This document shows, one piece after another, positions 26,573-36,252 of a DNA stretch of 64,000 nucleotides. Below the pieces are notes generated by a model. That model was not told where the DNA came from, did not search any database, and saw nothing but the letters and a program-made list of their open reading frames with translations. The stretch comes from a virus: IMG/VR virus record IMGVR_UViG_3300032236_001802, positions 1 to 64,000 of that record. One strand, given 5' to 3'. Position numbers and translations under genes: made by a program. How positions within the stretch are numbered: position 1 is the first letter of the stretch; each line of letters starts with the position of its first letter.

Positions 26573-27999
26573 CGTTGACTCGCTAAATGATGGATCACGA
26601 TCGCGTTGGGTGCCGCCTGACAATCCAATGAGGTAACGTTGAACTCTGCTGGTAGGGTTATTGGGATAATCTTGGTCCTGTGCAGCGCCCTTGCTAGGGC
26701 AAGCTGATCGATAGCACACCAAACCAACCATTCAGCCAGCCAGTTTTCAAAAAACTTTTCAACATGCAGGCCGCGACGCCATACCAGAACACCGCCGCTG
26801 TACTGTGCAAAGTCAGCCCCCAACCTTTGTACAGTGCAATCCTTTTCCATACCCTTTACGAGCGATCGCCCTACCGTTGGGGCGATCGCGTCTTTCGTCA
26901 TGGCGATCTGAGCACTGCCCAGAAATCGCCAGATACAATCAATATCCCCCCTGCACACAGTGTCAGCATCCAGATAGATGGTTTCATTAAATGGGCTGAT
27001 CCAGTAGCTTGCACCCTTCAGCAAGCGGGCCTCCTGCTGATCTGAAAAACCAAAGTCTGATCGCCGGGTATTCAAGATCATTTGGAAATTGGTCTTTTCC
27101 TCCAAACTTAGATTTTCCGTTGTAACAAGGGCGATCGGCAGGTTGGAATACTGCTTGATCGATTTGGCGCAACTGAGGGCTAAATCAAGATACCGCCGTC
27201 CAACGGCAACGATCAGAACCCCCTTGGACAGTCTTACCAGGTAATTAGCGTTTTTTGCCGCATTGATGATCCGCTGTGCCGTTACCCTCATATTTATATT
27301 TGCCCTACGCTCTGCGGCTTGCCCCAGGGCATAAACTTGCCCCGCTGAAATGGCATCTGCATTATCGCTCAGGTTGTTCGCGTGCCTGCGCCAATAGTAC
27401 AGTGCTCTAGGATTGCACTTGATCAGCCCTTGTTCAGAAATTTTGAGACACAGATCATAATCAGGAGTTGCACCCGAAAAGGTATCAACTCCACCAACGC
27501 GATCATAAATGGATCGGCGAATCAATCTGAAGTGGAAAACCATAAAGTAATGCATCAATGCCAGATTAGAGTAACTAATCTGGCATCGCGTTCCCAAGCC
27601 GCGAGATGCAAAGTTTTCATCGACTTCGTTGTAATAGCTATACGCCATATCGACTAGTGGATTCTTATCAAAAAAATCCAACATGCTCGACAGGCAGTGA
27701 GGGTGTAAGGCATCATCACTATCGACCCATCCAAGGAATTCCCCAGATGTTTGCTCCAATGCTAAAGCCAGGGATGGGGCAAACCCTAGATGGGGATTGG
27801 AGATCACACGATAGCTGATCCCAGCGTCCCTAAATCGTTCCGCATAGTTTGCCGCAACTGAATCAGAACCGTCTGTTGAACCGTCAGACCAGACGATATA
27901 CTCAATTTCTGATCCTTCAATTGTTTGAAGCAAAACACTTTCCAGTGTTTGCACCAACCATTTCTTACGGTTATGAACGATTGTTACCAATGAAATCAT
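26569..27999 (-). CDS. two-domain glycosyltransferase (GT2 + GT8-like)
   Basis: GT2: SDGSTDGS, WVDSDD, DYDLCLK. Second GT-A domain: TIYLDADT, YSGGV, DQLAL. Confidence 0.82.
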   Translation of the reverse strand: MISLVTIVHNRKKWLVQTLESVLLQTIEGSEIEYIVWSDGSTDGSDSVAANYAERFRDAGISYRVISNPHLGFAPSLALALEQTSGEFLGWVDSDDALHPHCLSSMLDFFDKNPLVDMAYSYYNEVDENFASRGLGTRCQISYSNLALMHYFMVFHFRLIRRSIYDRVGGVDTFSGATPDYDLCLKISEQGLIKCNPRALYYWRRHANNLSDNADAISAGQVYALGQAAERRANINMRVTAQRIINAAKNANYLVRLSKGVLIVAVGRRYLDLALSCAKSIKQYSNLPIALVTTENLSLEEKTNFQMILNTRRSDFGFSDQQEARLLKGASYWISPFNETIYLDADTVCRGDIDCIWRFLGSAQIAMTKDAIAPTVGRSLVKGMEKDCTVQRLGADFAQYSGGVLVWRRGLHVEKFFENWLAEWLVWCAIDQLALARALHRTKIIPITLPAEFNVTSLDCQAAPNAIVIHHLASQR

Positions 28000-28013
28000 A
28001 ATTTTACCTATTA

Positions 28014-28394
28014 TTAACTACTAAGCCAGGGCGTATCTTCATCCAACTCATCCCACTCCTGGAAAACTGCTGGATGGGTTTGCATGAGCCATTCTGCCAA
28101 ATCAGAATAAATCTCTGAAAGCATATCAGCTTCATGTCTGATCTGATTAGCGGAATCTTGCAGATGAATAACTAAAAAAGAAATCACCTCGGATGCGCCG
28201 GGTTTTGAGCACAGCCATTCAACGTTCTGGCAAGTCCAATGCATCCAAGCCTGCAAAACATATAGGTGATCATCAGAGCTATTAATAGCCCACCGCCGCA
28301 TCATGTCATAGGTGGGAACAATGCCAGCGGTTTTCAAAACTTCGCATTGATTAATGATCGCTTGAAACCTGTTCTCTGTTTGCTGTTCAGCCAT
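28014..28394 (-). CDS. hypothetical protein
   Basis: GAGGTG RBS. Confidence 0.6.
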   Translation of the reverse strand: MAEQQTENRFQAIINQCEVLKTAGIVPTYDMMRRWAINSSDDHLYVLQAWMHWTCQNVEWLCSKPGASEVISFLVIHLQDSANQIRHEADMLSEIYSDLAEWLMQTHPAVFQEWDELDEDTPWLSS

Positions 28395-28418
28395 ACCGCT
28401 GTCACCTCTTCTGATGAA

Positions 28419-28713
28419 TTATTGAGCCGTTTTCTTCTTGGCGCGAAGTGGGGCGTCATACCTTAGATGGCATGGAGCACACAGCGCTTTAAGATTGCCA
28501 GGAGCACAGTTTGAAGGGTCTGGTATCATGTGCGCCGTTGTTAGTGTCCACTTTTGTGGATGCTCAAATATGGCGATCAACAAAATCATCTAAGGACTCT
28601 TTCTTTTTACGGCACTGTTTGCCGCAGAATTCACACTGCCAGCCTGCGGCGGTACGAACGGCAAGGGAAATTTCATCCCAGTTTTTTGGATAAAGCTCTA
28701 TATGCATGGGCAT
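28419..28713 (-). pseudogene. HNH endonuclease split by a +1 frameshift
   Basis: Frame A: MPMHIELYPKNW...WQCEFCGK...RHI* (stop at 28564). Frame B: EHPQKWTLTTAH..DPSN..NLKALCAPCHLRYD. Confidence 0.75.
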
Positions 28714-28718
28714 AGCAT

Positions 28719-29177
28719 TCACCATTCATCCAGGTTTCTAAGGGCTTCCCGGTAGTTAATCCTGACCTGTTGCAAGATAGGATCCGGAATTGTCCAGAGT
28801 CGCGGGCTCCCACCGCACGGGACCGGATCAATTGGAACTACGTTTTCAAGCTTCCAGCCGATTTTCCCGACATACCATGGGTTTGAAGAGTTTGGCGGCT
28901 CTTCACCCGCATACTGCGCGATCGCAATAATGCTCATCTCTGGATCGGTTTCAGGCGTTGGATTTTCGATCAACTCTGATCGGTTTAGATCGCAAACAAA
29001 TTCATATCCCTTTTGATCCCACGTCTTCCCGTTGTGGATTGCGATGTAGGTTCCTATAGGATAGTTAAATCGATAGTTTCGATTTTCAATGCGTTTATCC
29101 AAGTATGCGATCGCGTACCCGAACGGTCTATAAAGTGTTAAACCAAATATTTTTGCCTTAGTTGCTGTTGCTGTCAT
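28719..29177 (-). CDS. ASCH-domain protein
   Basis: LTLYRPFGYAI...KRIENR...IAIHNG...W.LENV..P..G...LW. Confidence 0.75.
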   Translation of the reverse strand: MTATATKAKIFGLTLYRPFGYAIAYLDKRIENRNYRFNYPIGTYIAIHNGKTWDQKGYEFVCDLNRSELIENPTPETDPEMSIIAIAQYAGEEPPNSSNPWYVGKIGWKLENVVPIDPVPCGGSPRLWTIPDPILQQVRINYREALRNLDEW

Positions 29178-29461
29178 TAGTTTGGTTCCAAAGTTGGCTT
29201 CCAAGTAGTTCTGCTGTCTACGTTTAATCCGCTTCTCTTACACTTAGCAACTCCGTTTCCCCAGCACTGACTTTTGCAAGCTTCAAAGTAAGCCATCTGT
29301 CTAGAGAATCCCAGCGTTCTATAAGCGTCAAAAACCCTTATTAGGTTTTCTTTTCTGCCCATATAGTTAGGCTGTTCAGCCAGCAACTTCATCCTCTGAA
29401 GCCAGCATAGGTTGTCCAGCGGCAGATACCGCTGATAGCCGTCAATAGTTTTTATGTACAT
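29177..29461 (-). CDS. hypothetical protein
   Basis: Coupled ORF. Confidence 0.55.
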   Translation of the reverse strand: MYIKTIDGYQRYLPLDNLCWLQRMKLLAEQPNYMGRKENLIRVFDAYRTLGFSRQMAYFEACKSQCWGNGVAKCKRSGLNVDSRTTWKPTLEPN

Positions 29462-29800
29462 TCAAGAAAGCCCCCACGGGTCAAGATCGACATTGACCTT
29501 TTCTGGGGTCAACTCAATCAGGGTAAAACTGTCGTTAAAGTGCTCTGGAGTTCTGAACCATAAGCGACCACTACAGAGATAGACAACCACAGGCTTACAA
29601 CGCTCATCTCTGCGGCAGAAACACAGTACCCCTTCTGTAGAGCGCTTGAGCAGAATTGAAGCATCGCTTTCAGTTGAAACCGCGATCGCGACTAAGGGCA
29701 TGTAGAGCAGTTCGGTTTCGTCGCGGGGTTCCGCCACTCCCAAGATCATCGCCGTCTTGCCGTCACGATGTCGGTAAACTTGATTAGATTCGATGCTCAT
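29462..29800 (-). CDS. DUF1653-like protein
   Basis: VYRHRDG...VVVY...LWFR..F...F. Confidence 0.5.
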   Translation of the reverse strand: MSIESNQVYRHRDGKTAMILGVAEPRDETELLYMPLVAIAVSTESDASILLKRSTEGVLCFCRRDERCKPVVVYLCSGRLWFRTPEHFNDSFTLIELTPEKVNVDLDPWGLS

Positions 29801-30777
29801 GCTCTAACCTTAAGTCCTGGTAACGGTAAAGGTAACTGCCGAACTGACTCAATGCACAAATTAACAGCGGGCTGGTTTAACTCAATCCCGATCGCATTCC
29901 GCCCATACTCCTGGGCTACAGAAAGGACCGTACCACTGCCCGCAAAAGGGTCCAGCACGATGCCATCCAGAGGGCAAGAGGACAAGATGCAAAGTAGAGC
30001 CAGCATCCGGGGAAATGGGGCAATATGCCCCTGAACGTGCGCTGTTGGAATAGACCATACATTTCGGGCATGATTTGCCCCTTTTGCCCCATCTGCCGCT
30101 ATCGATTCCAAGATGGACTTATCAAAATAATATTTTTGGGATTTGGTCAGCATAAAAACTGGCTCCCACGCTGTTGACGGCCTGTCGTCAACAGCTTCAG
30201 GTGAGGGGTTAGGTTTAGCCCACACCACCTCAGACCGAACACACCAGCCGGAGTCAGCCAGGGCGATCGCCATGCGTTGGGGGACCAAGTTTAGGCCCTT
30301 CCCCCGAAACTGGGTTGATCCACACGTGCCATCCCCGATATTTAGCCACATTACGCCCTGCGGCTTGAGTACCCGGTACAATTCCTCAAAAAGTAGCATT
30401 AGATGCGCCTGATACAGCGCGGGCGTTGGCTCCTGCCCTAATTCCCCCAGCCATGCCCCGCAAACCGAACAGGTCGATGATTTTTTGTGCCGGGTTTTTC
30501 GAACGCGATCGGCATTCTCTGGGCCTGCGGCGTGATAGCGATGAGAACCCAGCCCAGCGCCCCCGGCAACGTAGGTCGTGCTTTCAATCCATTGATGATC
30601 GCATTTAACATCTCGCCCCTGACACCAGACCTGTGGAGCGCTTTTATAGTTCCTCTGATTCCAATAGGGTGGACTGGTGACGATGGCATCAATAGAGCGC
30701 GACGGAAGCGATCGCACAATATCAAGGCAGTGGCCTTGATAAATCTGTACTTTCTCCGTGCTGTAGGTTGGTTTCAT
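29797..30777 (-). CDS. DNA methyltransferase, N4-C/N6-A beta class
   Basis: TSPPY, RVLK..G, VWAKPN, HIAPFP, LDPFAGSGT, GIELN; Cys/His-rich insert. Confidence 0.9.
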   Translation of the reverse strand: MKPTYSTEKVQIYQGHCLDIVRSLPSRSIDAIVTSPPYWNQRNYKSAPQVWCQGRDVKCDHQWIESTTYVAGGAGLGSHRYHAAGPENADRVRKTRHKKSSTCSVCGAWLGELGQEPTPALYQAHLMLLFEELYRVLKPQGVMWLNIGDGTCGSTQFRGKGLNLVPQRMAIALADSGWCVRSEVVWAKPNPSPEAVDDRPSTAWEPVFMLTKSQKYYFDKSILESIAADGAKGANHARNVWSIPTAHVQGHIAPFPRMLALLCILSSCPLDGIVLDPFAGSGTVLSVAQEYGRNAIGIELNQPAVNLCIESVRQLPLPLPGLKVRA

Positions 30778-31235
30778 GGATTGCGGCTTTTGATAAACCT
30801 TTGATGAACTTCTGGCTTGTGACGCCATTTCCAGTAATGCTCAATCATTACTGGATCATAAAAAACAGCTCGACAACCTTTTAATTTGTACCAGTGAATG
30901 CCCTCCAGGAATTCCCCGTTATACCTGCGGGCTTTTATCTTATGCACCGTGAGATCCGAGATCTCGGCGCACAATTGAGTCGCAGTAACAAGCCTTGGCG
31001 GTTCTGCTGTGTTAGGTTCTGTTTTGTTCGTAGCTAAGTTACTGACAGCGCGGATATAGGTTTTGCCGTCGCACATGTGACACACTTTGTCCTCGTGTCC
31101 CACGATTGAGTCGGTAAATTGCGGCTTGGCAAACGGCCCTAAAGCTTCTGTAGCTATAGAGTCAAAAACTTTCCCATGAACAGGTTCAGCCGTTCTTCCA
31201 CTCCCCTGACACATGGGACATTGAACTATTAGCAT
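30774..31235 (-). CDS. Zn-finger plus excisionase-like HTH fusion
   Basis: CPMCQGSG...CHMCDG followed by EGIHWYK...FYD. Confidence 0.6.
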   Translation of the reverse strand: MLIVQCPMCQGSGRTAEPVHGKVFDSIATEALGPFAKPQFTDSIVGHEDKVCHMCDGKTYIRAVSNLATNKTEPNTAEPPRLVTATQLCAEISDLTVHKIKARRYNGEFLEGIHWYKLKGCRAVFYDPVMIEHYWKWRHKPEVHQRFIKSRNP

Positions 31236-31240
31236 ATTTT

Positions 31241-31531
31241 TTATACCGGCTTGGCGTGTATATAGGTTCTGCCATAGCAGAGTTGACATTTTTTGTCCTC
31301 ATATCCGGCAATTGAATCAGTAAATTGCGGTTGAGCAAACTGTCCTAAAGCCCCGGTAGCTATGGGGTCAAAGACTTTTTCATAGACTGCTTCGGCTGTT
31401 ACTCCACGCCCCCGGCACATCGGGCATTCAACCTTTATTAACTCTGGCTCTGGTCCTGTCTGTGGTTTTGGCTGCGGATCTATTGGTAAGTAGAAACCAT
31501 AGGGGCTGTGTGATCCTGGGAATAATGACAT
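31241..31531 (-). CDS. Zn-finger protein, paralog of the N-terminus of 30774-31235
   Basis: CPMCRGRG...KVFD.IAT.ALG.FA.PQFTDSI.G.EDK.CQLCYG. Confidence 0.6.
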   Translation of the reverse strand: MSLFPGSHSPYGFYLPIDPQPKPQTGPEPELIKVECPMCRGRGVTAEAVYEKVFDPIATGALGQFAQPQFTDSIAGYEDKKCQLCYGRTYIHAKPV

Positions 31532-31608
31532 ATTTATTGCCTGCAACGTTGTTAAAAAGGTTTTCTGAAGTTGTCAGAACATCCAACAACTTCAGAAAAA
31601 GGCAAACC

Positions 31609-32337
31609 TTAGCTAATAATCGGAAAGCGCCCCATGGTGGCATGGGTTAAGTGATCAACGATGTTTTGAATCGCCTCAATCTTCCACGCTGCCCCATCAG
31701 CTTCAAACAGGGCACAGGTTGGGGGTTCTCCTGTTTTTGCGGCTTGCTGCATTCGGAAGACAAAAAGGCCCGATGGCTGTTGAATCTCAGAAAAAGTCCG
31801 AAACGGTCGGAGGGTTACACGATTTGGGACCGGGCGATCTTCAACCACGCCCAGGCCGGTTCTGGCTGTAACCGTCTGGGTACAGCCATCGTCCGAAAAC
31901 CGCGAGATTTTTTCCTCCTTCAAATTGCCGATGATGGCAACCAGATTGTCTAAGTCCTCCGTTGGCTCAAAGCAGCTTTTAAGCGCAATGATCATTTTTT
32001 CAACGGGGATATATACCTCAAACTTAAAGGGAGTTATATAGTGCTTTGCCGTTGCTGTTAGGATGCAGTGGCGATCCTCATACTCCACGGCCATTTGGCC
32101 GTAAAGATGAACGGTCGCGTGATCTTCAACATGGATGAATGAGGGATACACATGCTCTTCATCGATCGCCTCCAGATATTTAGCAATTCCCGAAAGGGTG
32201 TTAAGCCTTAGAGTGGGAGGCGTTCGTCTTGTGGGCGGAATGAAGATTTCTCGATTGGTATACTCAATGCCGTTAATTGTGACGGTCTCAACTTGTGTAG
32301 CTTCTTGGGCTACTCTGATAACTTCTGTAAAATTCAT
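31609..32337 (-). CDS. conserved phage protein
   Basis: LRPFRTFSEIQQP...FVFRM...ALFEADG; a family I recall as usually paired with the adjacent gene. Confidence 0.7.
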   Translation of the reverse strand: MNFTEVIRVAQEATQVETVTINGIEYTNREIFIPPTRRTPPTLRLNTLSGIAKYLEAIDEEHVYPSFIHVEDHATVHLYGQMAVEYEDRHCILTATAKHYITPFKFEVYIPVEKMIIALKSCFEPTEDLDNLVAIIGNLKEEKISRFSDDGCTQTVTARTGLGVVEDRPVPNRVTLRPFRTFSEIQQPSGLFVFRMQQAAKTGEPPTCALFEADGAAWKIEAIQNIVDHLTHATMGRFPIIS

Positions 32338-32391
32338 GGAGTTTAGTTTGACTAGGTTTGACTTAAAAAACAGGATGAGCAAAATCAGGCG

Positions 32392-32754
32392 TTATTCGTT
32401 GTAATTTGAGTCGCGATCGCGGCCAACTTCTGTAGCCCCAACCAAGGGACCAGCACCCTCAACGAACATTAGCGATCGCGTTGCCTTTTGTGGTGCCAAA
32501 GTTTCTTTAACCTGAGAGGCTACAGATACTTCTCCATCTCCATGGGGCTTAAAAGCGATGGTAATGGTGATCCGCCGAACGGTTTCAGGATTGCAATTTG
32601 GATCCAAGATGTTTTGTAGAACCCTGTGCATTGAAACTTCAAACTGCTCGGAAACAACGCCACCGCCAATACTTGAAATTGTTGGAATCTTCCTTGTGAT
32701 TTTTGCGGTAACTTTTGGTGCCGTTGGGCTGTCTACTGTTCGATCTTCATACAT
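32392..32754 (-). CDS. conserved phage protein (often annotated 'replication terminator protein')
   Basis: GG..EQF....VLQNILDPN...RRITITI.FKP. Confidence 0.65.
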   Translation of the reverse strand: MYEDRTVDSPTAPKVTAKITRKIPTISSIGGGVVSEQFEVSMHRVLQNILDPNCNPETVRRITITIAFKPHGDGEVSVASQVKETLAPQKATRSLMFVEGAGPLVGATEVGRDRDSNYNE

Positions 32755-32851
32755 GGCTAACTAGATAGTGAATAGTAAGTGGATAAGAAAACACACGGCT
32801 GACCAGGGTTATACCCTAAGAGTATACACGATAAACCACGATAAGCAACGA

Positions 32852-33058
32852 TCAAGTCCTACTTAGGAATAGTTTGATCGCGTCTTGAACAACCTGTTGC
32901 AGATCTTGCCGAGTCCCGTTGCTAACGTAATCCGTTAGCTGTTGATGTACGCCCGGATCGATTTCGATGAGTATTGCTACAAGGTTCGCCGCTTGATTCA
33001 TTTCCCGATTTTCTCCTGTGATAGTTGATGGCGTTGTTGATGATTTTGCGCTCTGCAT
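32852..33058 (-). CDS. small RHH-like protein
   Basis: IEIDPGVHQQL...VVQDAIKLFL. Confidence 0.45.
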   Translation of the reverse strand: MQSAKSSTTPSTITGENREMNQAANLVAILIEIDPGVHQQLTDYVSNGTRQDLQQVVQDAIKLFLSRT

Positions 33059-33302
33059 AAAACCTGTCGAGCGCTTGTTGATGGCGTCTAGGATTGGCGT
33101 AGTAATACTGTGCCCAATCCCGGATCAGTTCCTCATCGAAATAGATGAGGTTCATGAAACGGTGATAATGAACCCCTTCTATAAGCTGTCCGTTGTCGCG
33201 GGCGGCTTTGAGTGATTTGGCTGAAAAGGTTGTTGCCGCGATCGCCTCCCGCACGGTTAGCAGTGGGCGGGCGACACTGGGGACTGGTGAAGGTTTCTTC
33301 AT
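32922..33302 (-). CDS. excisionase-like HTH protein
   Basis: LKAARDNGQLIEGVHY...IYFDEELIRDW. Confidence 0.65.
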   Translation of the reverse strand: MKKPSPVPSVARPLLTVREAIAATTFSAKSLKAARDNGQLIEGVHYHRFMNLIYFDEELIRDWAQYYYANPRRHQQALDRFYAERKIINNAINYHRRKSGNESSGEPCSNTHRNRSGRTSTANGLR

Positions 33303-33304
33303 GA

Positions 33305-34867
33305 TTAGGTGTATGGATTGATAGCGGGTGGGCGAATCACGCCCCTTTTTGAAAACACTCTGATGAAATCATCCAGCCCAGCGCCGAACACATCCAGATA
33401 GTAGAAATGGACAGGAAAGGTCGCGGGTGAATCATTTCCGACGAAGGTAATCCGTCCGACAAACTCGCAGCGATAAAACGCTGACAGCTTTTGGGACCAA
33501 ACAGTGGATGTGTCACCCCTCGTTAGGGCAATGTGACGGTGATCAATTCCTACCGCTTTCATGAGTCGGTGTTCCTCCAAGATCTTTTCGATCCAGGGCA
33601 AATTCACTGAAAGCATTTTGGGATCACCGTGGCGATCGTAGATAGGTGTGCCGTCGCGAAATTCAGGAATTGAAAAGGGATGATTCGTGTAGGTAAACCA
33701 ACTTTTTGTTTCCAGCGGGTTAACCTTTTCCCCTAGGGACTCTGGATCCCATCTGCGATTCAACCCGTTATCTTCAGCGGTAAAGTGGTGCCGCGCCCGA
33801 ACGTTAGCGGCATGCCCCTTGGCGTTGCTGCATGGGTCCAAGTCGATCGTACCGAAAACATCGTAAACCAGTTGCATTACATCCTCTGGGCTGTAATGCT
33901 CACAGGTTTTGCTTGATGTGAAAACCTTTCTGGCGTGATCTACCCGGCCATCTTCTGGTTGTGGATCCAAATACTCGTTAACGTTCAGCTTAAACGTACC
34001 GGGCAACGGCTCAACTAAGCCAGGAACCTGATCATCACCGTCCTCATCGCCATCGGTTTGGAGATCTTGCACCCTACCAGATCTCCAACGCTCCCAGCGG
34101 GTTTCCCCCTCGCCGCCCGGTTGATCGTCCTGTCCTCTCTCTATCACAAGGGGAGCCGCAGCCACAGGGGCGGGGGTGGGTGTTTCTGCCCCGTTCAAGT
34201 CGTTACTGTTGAGAACAAAACGCTCGACGGGTTGAGGTTGCGATCGCTGCATGGTGTAGGTCGATTCCCCACGGGTCACCGTGATTTCCGTTCCCGGTGG
34301 GTCAACTTTGCCCTGTTCTGCCAGGGCAAACCAGTGGGCGCGGAACGTCTTGGGGTCCATCTGGGTGTGTTCTGCCAGTTGGCGGTAAGACAGACCCGCA
34401 GCATGAGGACTGGTTAAAGCCGCTTCCACGATGCATGGGATGTCGGCACGCGATCGCCGCAGCCCATGCCGGGTATTGCATTTTAGAGCTGCCCATTTTG
34501 CATCAGTGGCATCCCCGTGCTCTACATAGGTTAAAACGCCAACCGCTTCAAACGTTGCAGCGCGATCGCGTTGATCCTGGGTAGCTTCAGGCGTGTTAGC
34601 AAACTCGCAGAACCGCAGGAGAGATTCGAGTCGATGATTGCCGTCAAACAGGTAGTAATCCTCGCCATCCAGCATGGCTGAAAGGGGTGGGAATACGTCG
34701 CCCCGTTTGTAAGCCGTTAGGTATTCCTCTACGGTTGGCTCATCCAGACTCTTTCGTGCCTGAATTTGGTGCTTAATCAGTTGCGACAACGCAACCTCAA
34801 CAACAACACCCTGTGAATCTTGTATCTGGAGATTTCCCCGGATAGCTTCTGCAACTGGCATGTTCAT
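33305..34867 (-). CDS. ParB-like domain fused to a phage Dam-type N6-adenine methyltransferase domain
   Basis: N-terminus: LFDGNHRL, NTRHGLR, HTH. C-terminus: HYSP, IDLDPCS, FTAEDNGL..W, YTNHPFS, GRITF. Confidence 0.75.
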   Translation of the reverse strand: MNMPVAEAIRGNLQIQDSQGVVVEVALSQLIKHQIQARKSLDEPTVEEYLTAYKRGDVFPPLSAMLDGEDYYLFDGNHRLESLLRFCEFANTPEATQDQRDRAATFEAVGVLTYVEHGDATDAKWAALKCNTRHGLRRSRADIPCIVEAALTSPHAAGLSYRQLAEHTQMDPKTFRAHWFALAEQGKVDPPGTEITVTRGESTYTMQRSQPQPVERFVLNSNDLNGAETPTPAPVAAAPLVIERGQDDQPGGEGETRWERWRSGRVQDLQTDGDEDGDDQVPGLVEPLPGTFKLNVNEYLDPQPEDGRVDHARKVFTSSKTCEHYSPEDVMQLVYDVFGTIDLDPCSNAKGHAANVRARHHFTAEDNGLNRRWDPESLGEKVNPLETKSWFTYTNHPFSIPEFRDGTPIYDRHGDPKMLSVNLPWIEKILEEHRLMKAVGIDHRHIALTRGDTSTVWSQKLSAFYRCEFVGRITFVGNDSPATFPVHFYYLDVFGAGLDDFIRVFSKRGVIRPPAINPYT

Positions 34868-34869
34868 TT

Positions 34870-36252
34870 CTATCTCCTGGCAAGGTTGCGAAATTGGGTA
34901 AATTGAGATTCAAATAACAATTTAACGGTACCCACAGGACCATTCCTGTGCTTTGTGATGATCAATTCTGCAATACCCCGATCTGGGGTATCGGGGTGAT
35001 AATATTCATCCCGATAAAGCATCATGATCAAGTCTGCATCCTGCTCAATCGAGCCGGATTCCCGTAGATCGGACATCATGGGACGCTTATTGGTCCGCGT
35101 CTCGACAGCTCGGCTGAGTTGGGAAAGCGCGACGATGGGAACCTTTAACGCCCGCGCCAAGGATTTGAGCGATCGCGTGATTTTCGATAGCTCTTGCACG
35201 CGATTTTCTCCGCCCTTGGCCTCCCCTTGGATTAGCTGGAGGTAATCAATCACGATTAAATCCAGGTGACCAAACTCAGAGATATGGCGTCGGGCCACGC
35301 TTGCAATGTGATTGCACGTAGGGTTCGGGTAATCATCCACCCAAAACGGTAGGGTTGAAACCTGGGAGAGAGTATGCCCCAGCGGCTCCCACTCCTGCGC
35401 GGCGATCTGCCCTTCGCGTAACCTGCCGCTGTCAACCCGCGCTCTGCTGGCGATCATGCGAGTGAGGATCTGTTCACGATCCATTTCCAGGGAAAACAGG
35501 AGCACATTGCGTCCGCCGATCGCAACGCTTTCGGCCACATTGGTGGCAAAGGCTGATTTGCCCATGGCGGGCCGCGCTGCCACGATGATCAGATCAGAGC
35601 GCTGGAAGCCCTTGGTCATCGCATCCAGATCATAGAACCCGGTTGCAATCCCCGGCTGTATGCGCCCCTCTTGCACCTCTTCAATCCGGTTGAATACGGC
35701 GATCGCAATATCGCCAGCTTTAGCCAGGGTGTTTTTGGCCTGGGTGGCCTGCGTCACCCCGAAAATCGTCTGCTCTGCCAAGTTGCAAAGCTCCGGCAAT
35801 TCTTCCTGACTATAGCCAGTAGCTACAATCTGGTGCCCAGCTTGGATAATCTGGCGGCGGTGCCACTTGTCCACGATCATCTCAGCGTAGAGATCGACGT
35901 TCACAGCGCTAACCGTGTTCGCGACCAGATTCATGATCACCGACTGCCCGCCGATTTTTTCCAGCAGTGCCGACTCTCTGAGCTGAGTTAGCACTGCAAC
36001 TGGATCGACCATTTTATGGGCTGAATGCACAGCCAGAACGGCCTGGAAGATCAGGCGATTTGAGGACAGGTAAAAAGCGTCTGGGGGTAACTTATCCAGC
36101 ACTCTCGAAATAGCCTCTGGATCGATTAGCAATCCGCCCAGGATCGCAATCTCGGCCTCTACGCTGTGTGGTGGTGTTTTTTCTGAAAATGCCAAACCAA
36201 AAGGGATAACTTGCCCTGTTTGCCCTGTAGGTTGAACCTTAACTTCCTGCAT
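34870..36252 (-). CDS. dnaB: replicative DNA helicase
   Basis: PPHSVEAE, AARPAMGKS, FSLEM, IDYLQL, LSQLSR, DLRESGSIEQDAD, KHRNGP. Confidence 0.97.
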   Translation of the reverse strand: MQEVKVQPTGQTGQVIPFGLAFSEKTPPHSVEAEIAILGGLLIDPEAISRVLDKLPPDAFYLSSNRLIFQAVLAVHSAHKMVDPVAVLTQLRESALLEKIGGQSVIMNLVANTVSAVNVDLYAEMIVDKWHRRQIIQAGHQIVATGYSQEELPELCNLAEQTIFGVTQATQAKNTLAKAGDIAIAVFNRIEEVQEGRIQPGIATGFYDLDAMTKGFQRSDLIIVAARPAMGKSAFATNVAESVAIGGRNVLLFSLEMDREQILTRMIASRARVDSGRLREGQIAAQEWEPLGHTLSQVSTLPFWVDDYPNPTCNHIASVARRHISEFGHLDLIVIDYLQLIQGEAKGGENRVQELSKITRSLKSLARALKVPIVALSQLSRAVETRTNKRPMMSDLRESGSIEQDADLIMMLYRDEYYHPDTPDRGIAELIITKHRNGPVGTVKLLFESQFTQFRNLARR

